The position numbers and the translations under genes were made by a program. From contig MU058039.1 of the NCBI GenBank assembly GCA_013265495.1, positions 622,591-686,590 on the forward strand: DNA of 64,000 nucleotides. Reading direction: 5' to 3'. Below, piece by piece: positions 1 to 11,361 of this stretch. Position 1 is the stretch's first letter, and every line of letters starts with the position of its first letter. The notes under the pieces are model-generated. The model was not told where the DNA came from and did no database searches. It was given only the letters and a program-made list of their open reading frames with translations. This DNA is from Vicugna vicugna (Eukaryota).

Positions 1-163
1 AGTAGGCACTATTGTCATCACCCCCTTTTCAGATGCAGAAACAGAGGCACAGAGAGGTTAAATAACTTGCCATAGGCCCTACAGCTAAGAGGTCATGGAG
101 CCGACTTGCAGTCTCTGGTGGTCAGGCTCCGGAGTCTGGGTCCTGGACCACTGCACTATACTG
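1..163 (-). mobile_element. MIR SINE fragment
   Basis: Reverse-complement MIR core: cccccttttcagatgcagaaacagaggcacagagaggttaaataacttgcc. Confidence 0.85.
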
Positions 164-429
164 TTTACTTTTTATAAGAAACATTTCTTGTTGCAATGAA
201 CCTATAAGTGACAGCAGAACAAAACACGAGACAGAAACCACTTACTACTCTATCCCTCCACCTGCTACTTCTTGCCTCATGGGTCTCACCTGTCAGTAAC
301 TTAGTGTATGTCCTTTCTCACCTCTTTCTAAATGCATTCTGTTTTTAAAAGATGGCCTTTGGGCACACAGAATCAGATTAATCATAATCCTTAGTGCACG
401 ATACACTGGTATTTTTGTTCTGTGTGAAA

Positions 430-1270
430 ACGTCTATTACAGTGAATAGCCAATAGCCCACTACCTGCCCAAGAACTAGAACATTACTTACCAGTAACTT
501 ACATGAAACTGTGTGTTATTTCCCATTCAATCCCCCATCTACTTTCCCAGGAGTGACCACAAACTTGAATTTTTCGTTTATCATTCTTCATCTTAAGAAT
601 TATTTTTGAACTTTTACAAATGATATTATAGTATATGTATGTATATATATATGTATATATGTGTGTGTGTGTGTGTATATCTAGTTTTCTGGGACTTGCA
701 TTCTTCACTTAATGTTGTGATTGATCCAGACTGTTTGATATAGCTTCAGTTCATTAATTTTTTACTGCTTTGTAATATTCCACTGGCTGAATATACATTT
801 TTGTTTTAGTGATTTCCATGCCAATGGATGTTTCCTTAGTTTCCAGGTTTTTTGTAATTCATGGGCTCCTATGAATGTTGTTACACGTATTTCCTGGTGT
901 ATGTGGGCAAGAATTTCTTTGAAGAATGTACTAGGTATGAGATTGGTGGGTGTAGGATGTGAGCATCTTTAACTCTGCCAAAAATTGTCAAACTGTTCTC
1001 TAAACATTCCCACCAATGATGTATGTATAAGGGTTCCCATTGTTCGGTGTTTGTCACACTTGGTTTTGTAAAGCTTTCTTATTTTTGCCAGACTGATGGA
1101 TATTAAATGAAATCTCATTGTGGTTCTAATTTATAGTCCCCTGAAGACTACTAAGGCACAGAATCTTGTATGTTTCTTCTTATGGATATAGCTTTTTCAT
1201 GCTTCTTGCTTCTTTTCTTTTTCTTACTGATTTGTAGGTGTTCTGTATACTCTGGCTACTCACCCTGAGG
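430..1270 (-). mobile_element. Ancient L1M (L1ME-like) 3' region
   Basis: Antisense L1 motifs (cattcttcacttaatgttgtg, tatagcttcagttcatt, ctcattgtggttctaattt); heavily decayed. Confidence 0.7.
625..680. repeat. (TA)n/(TG)n compound microsatellite
   Basis: tatatgtatgtatatatatatgtatatatgtgtgtgtgtgtgtgtatat. Confidence 0.9.
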
Positions 1271-1504
1271 CTGCAGCCTGTTTAACCTAATGAAAATTTT
1301 ATGATTTTCGCATCATCATTGACTTGGTTGTCTTCTCTGTTTGCTCTCCACCCAACTCCATGATTCTGCTTTGTGTACTCCCAGCTCACAGTGATTCTCC
1401 CTCTTCTTTGAAACAGTTCTCAAATTATGGGCTTTTTATATATTTGTATAGATAGATGACTATACTCGTTCCACCCACTCTCCCATAGGTTTGTGATCCC
1501 AGGT

Positions 1505-1980
1505 GTATCTGGATTAGATTCAACTGTGTGTAATAGAAAACTGCATATAAAACAAAATGACACTGGTCTACACAGGTAGAAACTTATTTCTCTCTCACGT
1601 AAAGGAGCCCAGTGATAAGCATGCCAGGGCTGCACTCTAATCAGGGACTGCAGTTCTTTCTACCTTTTTGCTCCACCATCCTTCTCCAGTTGCGTCGTGG
1701 TTCAAGACGGCTGCTCAAGCTCCAGCCATTATATCCCAGCAAGCAGAAAAGAAGGGTTGAAGATGGGCACCCCTGTCTCTTTTAAAAAAAAAAAACTGAA
1801 TGGAAGTTGCATGTAATAATTCTGCTTATAGACTCTTGGCCAGAACTTAGTCACAGCACCACGTATAGCTGTAAGGGGGTCTGGAAATGTATTTCACATG
1901 GTCTTGCTCTTAGCTAAAACTCAGATTCTATTTACTAAGTTAAAAAGGGGGGATAAATACTGGATTAGGCAGCCAGCGAC
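1505..1980 (-). mobile_element. ERVL-MaLR (MLT1-like) LTR
   Basis: MLT1-type blocks: caagacggctgctcaagctccagcc; ttggccagaacttagtcacagcaccacgtatagctgtaagggggtctggaaatgta. Confidence 0.65.
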
Positions 1981-2069
1981 ATTATTAGTTCTGAAATGTT
2001 CCCTAAAAATGGCTCTTAAAGGAGTTGCCAGACAGCAGGATGGTACCTAGATAGTGCTCCTTTTGATTC

Positions 2070-2630
2070 TTGGATTCATTACCCAAATATTTGTTGACAG
2101 TCTGTTTTGTAACGGCCATTATTCTGGGGAACCAGTAAAGAATGAAACATATGAAGTCCCACCCTCATGGAGCTTACATTTATAAAAAGGAAGATAGATC
2201 GTAAACAAGCAAAGAGTTTATAGTAAGTCAGAAAGAGATAACAGGTGTGAAAAAGAAATATTGGAGGATGCGCGGGATAAGAGTAAATAGCGTGTGGTAC
2301 TTTTGTAGACAGAGTGGTCAGGGGAGGCCTCCTTCATGAGATGACATTGAAGCTGAGGTGAGGGAGGGGAGTGGGAGAGCCATGTGGGTGTCTATGGGAA
2401 GAGTATTTGGGGCAAAATCAGGGCCACAGTGGCCTGCCTGCTTCAGGAACTTGGGGGTGGTCTGCAGGGCTTGAAAACAGGGGAAGGAGAAGGGTGGGAA
2501 ATAAGAGGATAGAGGTAGTGGGGCATCTCGTGTAGGGCTTGATGGGCCACAATGAGGACTTAGGGCTTTAACCAGGGTGATGTGGAGCTGCAGAAGGGTT
2601 CTGACCAGGAGGAAGATGTGGTCTGATCAT
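2070..2630 (-). mobile_element. L2 LINE 3' fragment
   Basis: Antisense L2 tail ttcattacccaaatatttgttg, ccctcatggagcttacatt, then purine-rich L2 body. Confidence 0.75.
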
Positions 2631-2769
2631 TAGCACTTGGTAGTGAAAGTAATCATGAGCTGTCTTCTCAGAGTCACCCTACGGTTTTCAACTCCAGACA
2701 CCTTTTGAGAAAGTAAGTGGTGTTACATCTTATTAACCTATGACCACTCTGGTTTTATATATATATCTG

Positions 2770-3520
2770 CTGCTACCCTCTCCCGCTGGATTATTTTAAA
2801 GCTAAATATTTCAGTGTTGACCTGTGAAAGATAAAGATTCTTTAAGGACAGGATGACAATATTATTGCCATGATTAAAATAACGATAATTGCTTGGCCTC
2901 ATCCAGCGTCCAGTTAGTGTTAACCTTTCAGATCTTCTCAGAAATATCTTTTTAGAGTTGATTTGTTCCAGTCAAGATCCAACTGGTCCACTGGCAGATT
3001 TGGTTCGTGTGCCTGTTAAGTGTCGTTTAATCTCTGGATTTCCCCCTCCCTCCTTTTTTTGTTTTTCTCTTTTATAGTTTGTTGAAACAGGCCATGTCAT
3101 TTGTCCTGTAGATTTTGCACAGGCTAGATCTGACTAATTGTATCCGTGTGCTGGTGTTTTATGAGTTCTTCTGTCCCTGTGTTTCCTGTGAATGGGTAGT
3201 TGGATTTAGACACTGGATCAGATTCATAATTGAGATGTATGCACGTGCACACTTATGGTCAGGACATTCTCCTAGGTATTGCTGCATATGTATACCCATT
3301 AGGGTATGTAAAGCCTGTTGTCGCTTTCTGTGATGTTCTGTGGAGTTAACAGCTGTAAATCACTGTTGCCTTCTCTTGGTCAGTCATATGCTTTCACTTG
3401 AGGTTTGCAAAAATCGTGACATTGTAATTCTATCCTCTCCATTTATTATCTGGAATATTCCTCTAGAGAGAAACCTCCCTCATCTATTATTCAGTTATCC
3501 TCAGGGTACTGACTGTTTTG
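2770..3520 (-). mobile_element. L1MC-like 3' UTR fragment
   Basis: aaatatttcagtg...ataaagattcttt...caagatccaa motifs typical of old L1MC 3' ends. Confidence 0.6.
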
Positions 3521-4229
3521 AATTTTTGTTTACAAGAGAACTAAGTAGTGAGTGAACAATTGGGCTGCTGGTTTCTAATCGGCTGATTTGGTCCTTGATT
3601 GAATCCAACCTTCCACCTTTGCTTTTGCATTCATTTGTGATACTTACTAGTCTCTGCTGCTGCCCGCGCGCATGTCTCGAATTTGGGAACAAACAGCTGA
3701 GCTGCGGTCACAGTCATCTCACTGCGTAGACACGGCTGCCTCAGGCCTGACCTTTGACTGGGTGGAGCCCTGTGTGCTTGTCAGTCAGTGTAACCAGGGA
3801 GAGATGACTTCGGACTGTTGACATTTTCGTTTTCTTCCCTCTTTCCCAGGCCATGTATTTTCAAACCTATATAGCTTCTGGAGAGTTCTTGTTCTGTGCC
3901 AGGGGATTAAACCTTTATGCTGGGGGCAAGAGGTTTTCGAGCATTTGAATTTCTTCTGATCTGAAACTCCATTCCTGGACGAAAGAACAGTTAAGGCCTC
4001 TGCTCCATTAGAAAGGCTAGTCCTTCCAGTATCCTGGCCAGGGGTGAGCTCTGACCCCAGGCACTGTCGTCTGGGTCGTAAATTCTCTAGAGCACTAGCA
4101 CGCTTGAAATCACTTGGATGCCTTGGGATCAGTTACGCGTTATATACCTGAGGGCTTTCTTTCCTTCTGGAGATTACAACACATTTATTCCCTCTGGATG
4201 GGGAGAGATGATTCCATGTGGATGATGCA

Positions 4230-4960
4230 GAATTCATTCACTGACTTGTTCACTTGGCAAATATTTATTGAGCCTCACGTGTCCCAAGTGCTGGGGTCTG
4301 AGCCTGGAAAGGCCCGTCCTGGAGTTGGTGTTCACGTAGCAGGACACAGATGATAAAGTAGTGAACGCATTGATCAGGTAATTTCAGATGGGGATGAATA
4401 ATGCTATGAAGTCATTAAAGCAGAATGTGTGAGGACACACCTGGAAGGTGGAGGGGGCTGTGGGAGGCTGGGTGACTGGGGTGCTTGGGGGAGAGCTTGG
4501 CTCGGGTAGTGACATGTTGGCTGAGACTCGGGTGGTACCGAGGTGCAGCCTTGTGAAAGACCTGGGGGAAGAGCCCTCCTGGCAGAAGGAGCAGCAGGTG
4601 CAGAGGTGGGAGTGAGCTTGGTGTGTCAGGGATCAGAGGAGGAGCTGGTGCAGCTGGGACGCTCAGAGAATGGGTTTGAGGGGTGGGCAGGGGTGAGAGC
4701 CTGGGGAGAGTCTGGGTCTTATTCTGAGTGTCATCTCTCTCCTTCCCTCTGGCTACTGTAAGGAGCACAGATGGAAGAGGTGGGAGTGGAAGCGGGGCAA
4801 GGAGGGAGGTGGCCCAGACTGGAGTGAGCAGAGAGGTGTGGCGCCAGACCTGAATGGTGGTGTTGGCGCCTGAGAGAAGTGCATGGCCAGACAGAATTTG
4901 CCAAGGGATTGGTCAGAGTGTGTGGTAAGTGGGGTGAAAGCTCTTCCGGGGAGTTTGGGC
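4230..4960 (-). mobile_element. L2 LINE 3' fragment
   Basis: ttcattcactgacttgttcacttggcaaatatttattgagcc tail followed by G-rich antisense L2 body; accounts for the spurious ORFs at 4.1-5.0 kb. Confidence 0.75.
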
Positions 4961-5034
4961 TTGGGTCTCCAGGTTTGGGTGGCAGCAATGACAGTCCCAG
5001 TCCCCCTTTAATGTGGGCCGAAGGTCCCACTCAC

Positions 5035-5185
5035 ACACGTCTCGTTTAACCCTCATTACAGTAAACTCTTATTCCCCGTTCTGTACCTGAGGAGACTGAG
5101 GCCCAGGGACCTGAAGCCCTTGATCCTTGTCACATAGCCACGTGGTGCTGGGCTTGGAACCTGGGCGGCCTGACCCACAGTCCAA
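5035..5185 (-). mobile_element. MIR fragment
   Basis: tttaaccctcattaca...gaggagactgaggccca...gtcacatagc. Confidence 0.7.
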
Positions 5186-5996
5186 CCTTGGTCCCCTTTC
5201 TCTCACTCCAACCACAACTGTTAATTCATGATGTTGACGCAACCTGTGCCCAGGAGGAGCTGAAGGTCAGTGTCCTACATTTATGAAATCGGCAGGGGTT
5301 GGGGGGGTGGTGGATCAAGTTCACATCAGTTTCCCTTACACCATCCTGCTAATCTGACAGGATCCTGACACGCCTTTCAATGCAGTATTTACTACAGGGC
5401 AGAAAACAGGGACTTTCTGGCTGCTGACATATACATAACTTGACGTTTGTAAGCTGATACTCGGGCCAGATAAGGTGGCTGTAGGCCCCAGACTTTGAGC
5501 TCTTGAGCCTGCTTAACTGATGGGGCCGAAAGTCTCCCCAACCATCAGATCCTTCTTATCTCCTCCTCCAGCGCTCCTCATGTAAAGGGAGCTCACTCCC
5601 CATGGGGTGTGTCCTCGGTTTCCTCCAGGAGAGAGGTGGACACCTCCCCACCGCAATGTGGCTCCTGGAACAGGTGGTGGTGAGCTCGGTCCTGCTCACC
5701 GCTTACCTTTTAACGGCGCTGATAGATGCTGATCATCTGCTCTTGCCTGCATTTAGGGTGTGCAGCCCAAATTTCATACTGCTCAATTTTTTAAAATTCT
5801 GTTTAAAGAAATCTTTATTGATTTACAACTTACAGAAGGCACATGTCGGTTATAAAACAGTTCAAAGTGTAGAGCAGTGTGTAAAGCCCGGAAGTTCCGC
5901 ATTCCCTTTGCGACCCTGGCACCACCCTTCCCCTCAGCCTCCCTGCCAGCCCAGAGGTTAAATGCGCCCTTCCTTGCTGAGTCTACTGTGGGTTGG

Positions 5997-6228
5997 TTGT
6001 GTTTGTTGAGAGCTCAGGCTCTGGAGACACAGTACTTGGGTTAAAATCCCAGTTTTGCTGTGTACTGACTTGGGCCTTTACTTAATTGCTCTGTGCCTCA
6101 GTTTCCCCATCTGTAAGATGGTGGTGATGAGTCCAACCTTTTGGCTTGTGAGGATTCATTGCGTTAAGTACGAAACAGAGTGGCACCTTGTAAGTAACAA
6201 GCACTCACATGTTAGGTCTTTTTATTAC
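5997..6228 (+). mobile_element. MIR SINE
   Basis: ctctgtgcctcagtttccccatctgtaagatgg core and gtgaggatt motif. Confidence 0.85.
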
Positions 6229-6315
6229 ACACGTATATGCATAGATTGTTCTACAGACATAATTTTTCTGGGTATAATGTTCTGCAGGTTGCATTTTCCT
6301 TGAGCAGTCTGTGGG

Positions 6316-6356
6316 GCACAACATTGTACACTGACTATACTTCAATTTAAAAAAAA
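6316..6356 (+). mobile_element. Very short young L1 3' tail (camelid type)
   Basis: cacaacattgtacactgactatacttcaatttaaaaaaaa; same tail as 11305-11361 and 42230-42293; imperfect flanking repeat cagtctgtg (6305-6313) / cagtctatg (6369-6377). Confidence 0.75.
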
Positions 6357-6399
6357 TATGTATATAAACAGTCTATGTTGGAGAGCCTCTCATGGCACT

Positions 6400-7040
6400 G
6401 GGTCAAGGTTGGCCACATTCTTTTTTATGACTTCAGTGTTCCATCCTGTCAGTGCCCTGTTGAATATACTGGTTGTTTCCAGCCATCATTGTTATAACTC
6501 TGGACATCTCACACACAAAAACCTTTGTTTGCTCTTAGATTTTTCTTAGGACAAAGTCCTGGAGTTGCAATTATTGCAACAAAGTATATAAATCTGTTTA
6601 AAGACTTGAGGTATTTATTGCTAACTTGTCTTCTGGGATCTGTTCATTAACCCTATGTATTCCTTGTTAGTTGCTCTTTTTGGAGGAGGCAGGGGATTAT
6701 TTCTTACTGATTTGCAGGGTATCTTTCCATTATTGAAGGTATGAATCTTTTTATATATGTTGTAAGTTTGTATTCCTCATTAGTTTACCTTTTAATTTTT
6801 TTGTGTTATTAAGTATCATACTGGAATTTATTTTAAGGTCTAGCTTCTAATTTGAGATAGATTTTCTTCCTGATTAATTTATGGCTTCATTTTTTTACAT
6901 CCAGTATGTGATTTTTTTTTTTTCTGGTGCTAGGTGTGGGATAAAGATCTTAAATCCACCCTTCATTCACCCCCTACCAGTAGTTAACTAGTTGTCCTTA
7001 CAGTACTGTTTGAGTAATCCATCCTTTCCCACTGAGTTGA
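6400..7040 (-). mobile_element. Decayed L1M fragments
   Basis: T-rich antisense L1 motifs (ttcttaggacaaagtcctggagttgcaatt, tttcttactgatttg). Confidence 0.55.
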
Positions 7041-7049
7041 AAAGCTTAT

Positions 7050-7215
7050 GAGCCAGGCCCTGGTCTCAGTGTTTTAATATTGACCTTTCAGTCCTCTGCT
7101 ATAACTCAGTGAAGCAGGCTGTAATATCCCTGTTCACAATGAGGAGACTGAAGCACAAAGAGGTGACCTTGCTCGCTTAATGTCTCACAACTTGGATGAG
7201 GCAGAGTTGGGCTTG
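7050..7215 (-). mobile_element. MIR fragment
   Basis: atgaggagactgaagcacaaagaggtga core. Confidence 0.75.
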
Positions 7216-7490
7216 CAATATTGTGGATTTATTCAACAATAATCTTCCTTATTTCTAATATATTTTCAGTAGCTTTTCCTGAAGTTCTTGGCAAACCTTC
7301 CTTTTGTCCGTTGGTAATAGCCATTTTGATTGCTCCTTTGCTGTTCCCTGCCCCGCTGCCCTGGCCTGGGCTTCCCTGATGATGTTAAAAGGCAGTGGAG
7401 GTTGCAGGCAGACGTGCCTGCAGGCTGCCCCCTCCCCCGCAACCTCCATAGGGTCCTAGTTAGGCAGGGACTAGAGTTTTCCTGAGTACC
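7216..7490 (-). mobile_element. L1 ORF2 reverse-transcriptase remnant
   Basis: Minus ORF 7255-7449 CLQPPLPFNIIREAQARAAGQ...QEKLLKIY resembles L1 RT [21 protein letters not shown]...KKLLELI. Confidence 0.65.
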
Positions 7491-7749
7491 TTTAAGTGGC
7501 AATGAAGGGCTCATCTGTCCCCATGGCTGTGCCAAACCAGAGAAGAAGCTGGCATCAAAGGTTATAACTTGAGTACAAGCAGCAATGGGCAGCATTCTGG
7601 GGCCTTGATTAACATGAAAGAAAAAAAAGAAAAGACAATCCAGCAGGTGGGCTCTGTGGAGCCCAGCAAGGAGCTAGCACAGTGAACCCACACATGGAGA
7701 GGGGAGGCTCAGAGTTGGGACTGGTTGCCCACCTGGATCCCATGAGGCC

Positions 7750-7965
7750 TGACATCAGACTGCTAGTGTCATATTTCAGCTTCGCGCCTTCCTGACGGAT
7801 GGCCTTGGGCAGGTAGCTTACCCTCTCTGTGCCTCAGCTTCACCTTCTGTGAAATGGAGTGATAGTAGCTCTTACCCTAGGTTTTTGTGAGGATTAAATG
7901 ATCCATGTAAGTGCTTAGAACTGTGGCTGGCACATAGTAAACACTCAAATAATGTTAGTCATTTG
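7750..7965 (+). mobile_element. MIR SINE
   Basis: ccttgggcaggtagcttaccctctctgtgcctcag...gtgaggattaaatga...tggcacatagtaaacactca. Confidence 0.9.
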
Positions 7966-8019
7966 TTCTTCTCTGCTAAAAAGAAAGTAGATCAAGGAAA
8001 AGGCTAGAGAGTATCTGAA

Positions 8020-8375
8020 GCTACTGTTTTAGCAGAGGTGAGCAGGGCAGACCTCTGAATGCTTGGTCAAGACATGAAAGACAGAGGTGGGTACACGTCA
8101 GTGGTAGAGCGCATTCTTAGCATGCATGAGGTCCCGGGTTCACTCCCCAGTATCTCCTTTAAAAAAACAAAAACAAACAAATGACATGAAAGACAAGGAG
8201 CCAGCCACAGAGACATCTGGGAGAGAGCATCCCAGATAGCACAGCAAATGTAAAGGCCCTGAAGCAGGAGCTTGCAGAGCCTTTTCTCAGAAGTACAGGG
8301 AGGCCAGTGTGGCCAGAGGGCAGTGAGGGAAGAGAATGTAAAGGAGTTGAGGTCAGAGAGAGAGCCAGGTGGGAG
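8020..8375 (-). mobile_element. L2 fragment interrupted by a SINE
   Basis: cagcaaatgtaaaggccctgaagcaggagc and gaggccagtgtggccag L2 motifs; SINE inserted in its left part. Confidence 0.65.
8084..8182 (+). mobile_element. tRNA-derived SINE, camelid Vic-1-like
   Basis: tRNA-like A/B boxes (tcagtggtagagcg; ggttcactccc), A-rich tail, perfect 13-bp TSD gacatgaaagaca at 8071-8083 and 8183-8195. Confidence 0.9.
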
Positions 8376-8760
8376 GTTCTTAGCCTAGGTTCTTCTGGTT
8401 GAAAATAACAGAAACCCAGATCATATCCACTCAAGCCTAAAAGAACTCTGAGATGCTTCCTGATGCCTAGGCAGGCATTGTCTGCTGGTGTCATGATCAG
8501 GAGGCCCAGGGCCCAGACAGTTTTCTTTCTCCACTTCCCACCTCTGGCTCTTTCTGTTTACTTCCTTCTCTCTCTGGGTTTCTCCAGGCATTTGGCTGTT
8601 CCATAGCTCCTTCTGTTATGGGGTCTCCAGTTCTCAGCCACCGGCAGAGACTTGACTGGCTGTCTCCATCCCAGGACAGGGGTCTGATTGGCCCAGCTTT
8701 GGTCAGATGGCTGCCTCTCATCCAGTGAGCTGTGGAGAAGCAGTAGGCATGACACACACA
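8375..8760 (-). mobile_element. ERVL LTR16/LTR33-like LTR
   Basis: ggttgaaaataacagaaaccca start and tctgattggcccagctttggtcagatg motif. Confidence 0.5.
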
Positions 8761-8859
8761 CGTCTCATAAAACGAGGACTTTCAGAAGCCCAGCAGACCT
8801 TCTTCTTTGTCCTCCTGGCCTAGGGCGTCATTCTTCCTCTTCTTACATATGAAACGTCA

Positions 8860-9105
8860 TCACTCTGTGGTTAAGAACATGAACCAAATGGCCTGGATTC
8901 AAATCTCAACCACTTGATAGCTGTGTGACCTTGTGTTTATCACTTCATCTCTCAGGGCCTCAGATTCCTCACCTATAAAATGTGGATGATAAAGGCTTCT
9001 ACTTCCAGGGGCTATTAAGAATATTAAATAACTTTCTGTAAAGTAGTTAGTCTGAGCCTGATATGTTGTAAGCACTCAGGAAGTATTAATTATCATCACC
9101 ACCAT
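8860..9105 (+). mobile_element. MIR SINE
   Basis: gtggttaagaacatg...agctgtgtgaccttg...cctcagattcctcacctataaaatg. Confidence 0.85.
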
Positions 9106-9149
9106 CATCCTTAGTTTTTCTTCTTGAGACTGGAAAGCATTCTATAGTT

Positions 9150-9300
9150 CAAGCTAGGACTTGGGAATAAAGAGTCAGGAATTGATCCCAGCTCCACCGG
9201 ACTAGCTCTGTGACCTTGGCCAAGTGAGTAACTTCTCAAGGAGCCTTGGATTCTTCATCTGCAAAGTAGGGAGAACAACAAGTTGACAGGGCTCATTACC
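9150..9300 (+). mobile_element. MIR fragment
   Basis: actagctctgtgaccttggccaagt...cttcatctgcaaag. Confidence 0.75.
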
Positions 9301-10479
9301 TGGATGTATGTGTGTTGTCTGAGGTTTGGGGTGATTGTGGAAATTCAGGAGTTCCCAGGTGTCTGGGTTCAGTGCAGCCCGGGCTCCCAGTCACAGCCCG
9401 CAAACACGAGCTGATGGCTAGAGTGTTGTTAGGACCTGCCTGGCCTCCTTCATGAAGGCTTGTGCAGGGTCCTCCTATACACAGCGTGACATTGCACCTG
9501 TTCCCTGGAAGCCCATCGGCCGCTCCTAGACTGAGCTTTGTGACCCGCCCCATTCCCAGTCCTCCAGCATGCAGCGCCTAGTGGGAGCACAGAACATTCC
9601 CCTTCATCAGGCTTTTCTCTGGTGAAAGGCAGATCTGGAAAACAGCTTCTCAGGAAGTGTGTGTGTCTGGTCATACCCACTCCCCAGATGGTGGTTCTGA
9701 AAGCTGGCTGGGAATTGGCCTCACCTGGGAATCTTATTAACAGTTGGGCTTCTCTGGCTTTCCCCCTGGAGCTTCTGTTTGGGCAGGTGTAGGTGACCAT
9801 CTGCTGGTTTGGCCACCCAACAACTGTTCACCATTCTTTTGGGGTTTTCCTTGGGGAACGGCTCTTCCACCATCCAGTCCATTCATGTACAGAGCTTGGC
9901 TGTATGTACAGCGCTGCTTACTCTAGGCACTGGGGACAAGGCAGTGAATCACAGACAGCCCTGCCATTGAAAATGGAATGAGATGATAATATCTTGTAAA
10001 TTATAAATTACAAGTTATACATTAGATAACTGTACTTTCGATAAGTCACTTTCTGATTTCATGTCACTGTCACTTTCTGATTTCAATAATTATACTGATT
10101 AGGAGAATATAATTGTTCTTAGGAAATACCCACTGACTTCTGTAGAGGTTAAGAACAAGAACAAATTCTTGGAAAAAGGGAGGAAAACCCAAATTGGCTG
10201 AACAGTCATAAAAATGACTAAAATATGTATCTTTTTTCAGTTTGGGGGTATTGTCATGAAGACTTAGCTGTAACAAAATGCCTTATTGTACAGAATAGAT
10301 TTCTGTTCAGGAAATCAATGCTTATATGCACAATTTTTGAGTTTAAAGGTTCTTAAAACTTTAGTATGTAGGAAGTTTATAGATTATTTTCTTTTCATTC
10401 TTTACACTTTTATGTATTTTTCACATTTTCCAAAAGGAACTTTTAGAAACAGGAGTAAAAGACACCCTAAATAAAAAGC

Positions 10480-10868
10480 TCCCCCCTCCCCTCCATGGAA
10501 TGTTCTGGTCCCTGTAGTTTGGTTGTGGAACCATCTCAGGAGCAGGCATTGGCCATTCATGTCAGACCACTCAGAATTAATATGCCTCTTTTGCTGGAGC
10601 TACCAGGAAAGAGGGGCTTGCTCTCTGGTGGGGTCCTAAGTTATGGGGCAGAAACCTAATGCTGCTGGGGGCCATCTTTCCCAAAGGGTCAGATAGAAAG
10701 GAGATGGAAATGATTGGTTCCTGATAAACTCTTTGGGTAACTGAAGTTGGAATAACCCCTGAGTTTTCAGTGGGGTGAGCCAAAAAGTTGCTTTTTTTTT
10801 TTTTATCTCGAGCCAATTTGAATTGGGTCTCTGCCATTTGCAACTAAAAAAGTCCTGTGAGTAAGACA
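10480..10868 (+). mobile_element. ERVL LTR16/LTR33-like LTR
   Basis: 3' end gccaatttgaattgggtctctgccatttgcaactaaaaaagtcctgtgagtaagaca matches the LTR16/33 terminus. Confidence 0.6.
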
Positions 10869-10879
10869 GTAATCTTAGT

Positions 10880-11135
10880 GGGCCGTAGAATCTGTATCTT
10901 AAAAATTCTCCACAAATGATTTGTATGAATCAGATGTTTTGAGAACCAGTTTACTAGCGTTTTCTGAGTAGTGATTCTCAGACTTAAGTGAGCAGCAGAT
11001 TTGCCTGGGGGAATTGTTAAAAATACAGAGCCTCTGCTCCAAACTACTGGAGATTCTAATCTGGGGCCCGGATATCTGAGTTCTGAGCAACATTCTGGGT
11101 GACTGGATGCCCATCAGAGTTTGAGAACCCCTCTG
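10880..11135. mobile_element. MER5-like hAT-Charlie DNA transposon fragments (two adjacent)
   Basis: Terminal motifs tagtgattctca ... tttgagaacc (twice); internal ttgttaaaaatacaga and ggggcccgg. Confidence 0.7.
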
Positions 11136-11304
11136 ATAAAGTATAGGGATGGTGCCCACCCTAAGGCTTTACCCATAGAGGGGGCCCAGGGTCTTTCTCA
11201 GATGAGTGAAATTAAGAGTTTGAGTCTAGATCTTTGGAAAGTCATTCTTTTTCCTGCCTGTTACCCAGCCTTGCACACTACATCATGTTTTTTAAAAAAA
11301 ATCT

Positions 11305-11361
11305 AAACGTTATGCTGTACACCAGGAATTGACACATTGTAACTGACTATACTTTAATTAA
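11305..11361 (+). mobile_element. Very short young L1 3' tail (camelid type) with TSD
   Basis: ttatgctgtacaccaggaattgacacattgtaactgactatactttaatt plus A-tail; TSD aaaaaaaatct at 11294-11304 and 11362-11372 following a TT/AAAA site. Confidence 0.85.

Noticed and set aside
8084..8160. Possible tRNA gene (also 12850-12931)
   Set aside because: A-rich tail, TSDs and degenerate stems indicate a tRNA-derived SINE, not a functional tRNA
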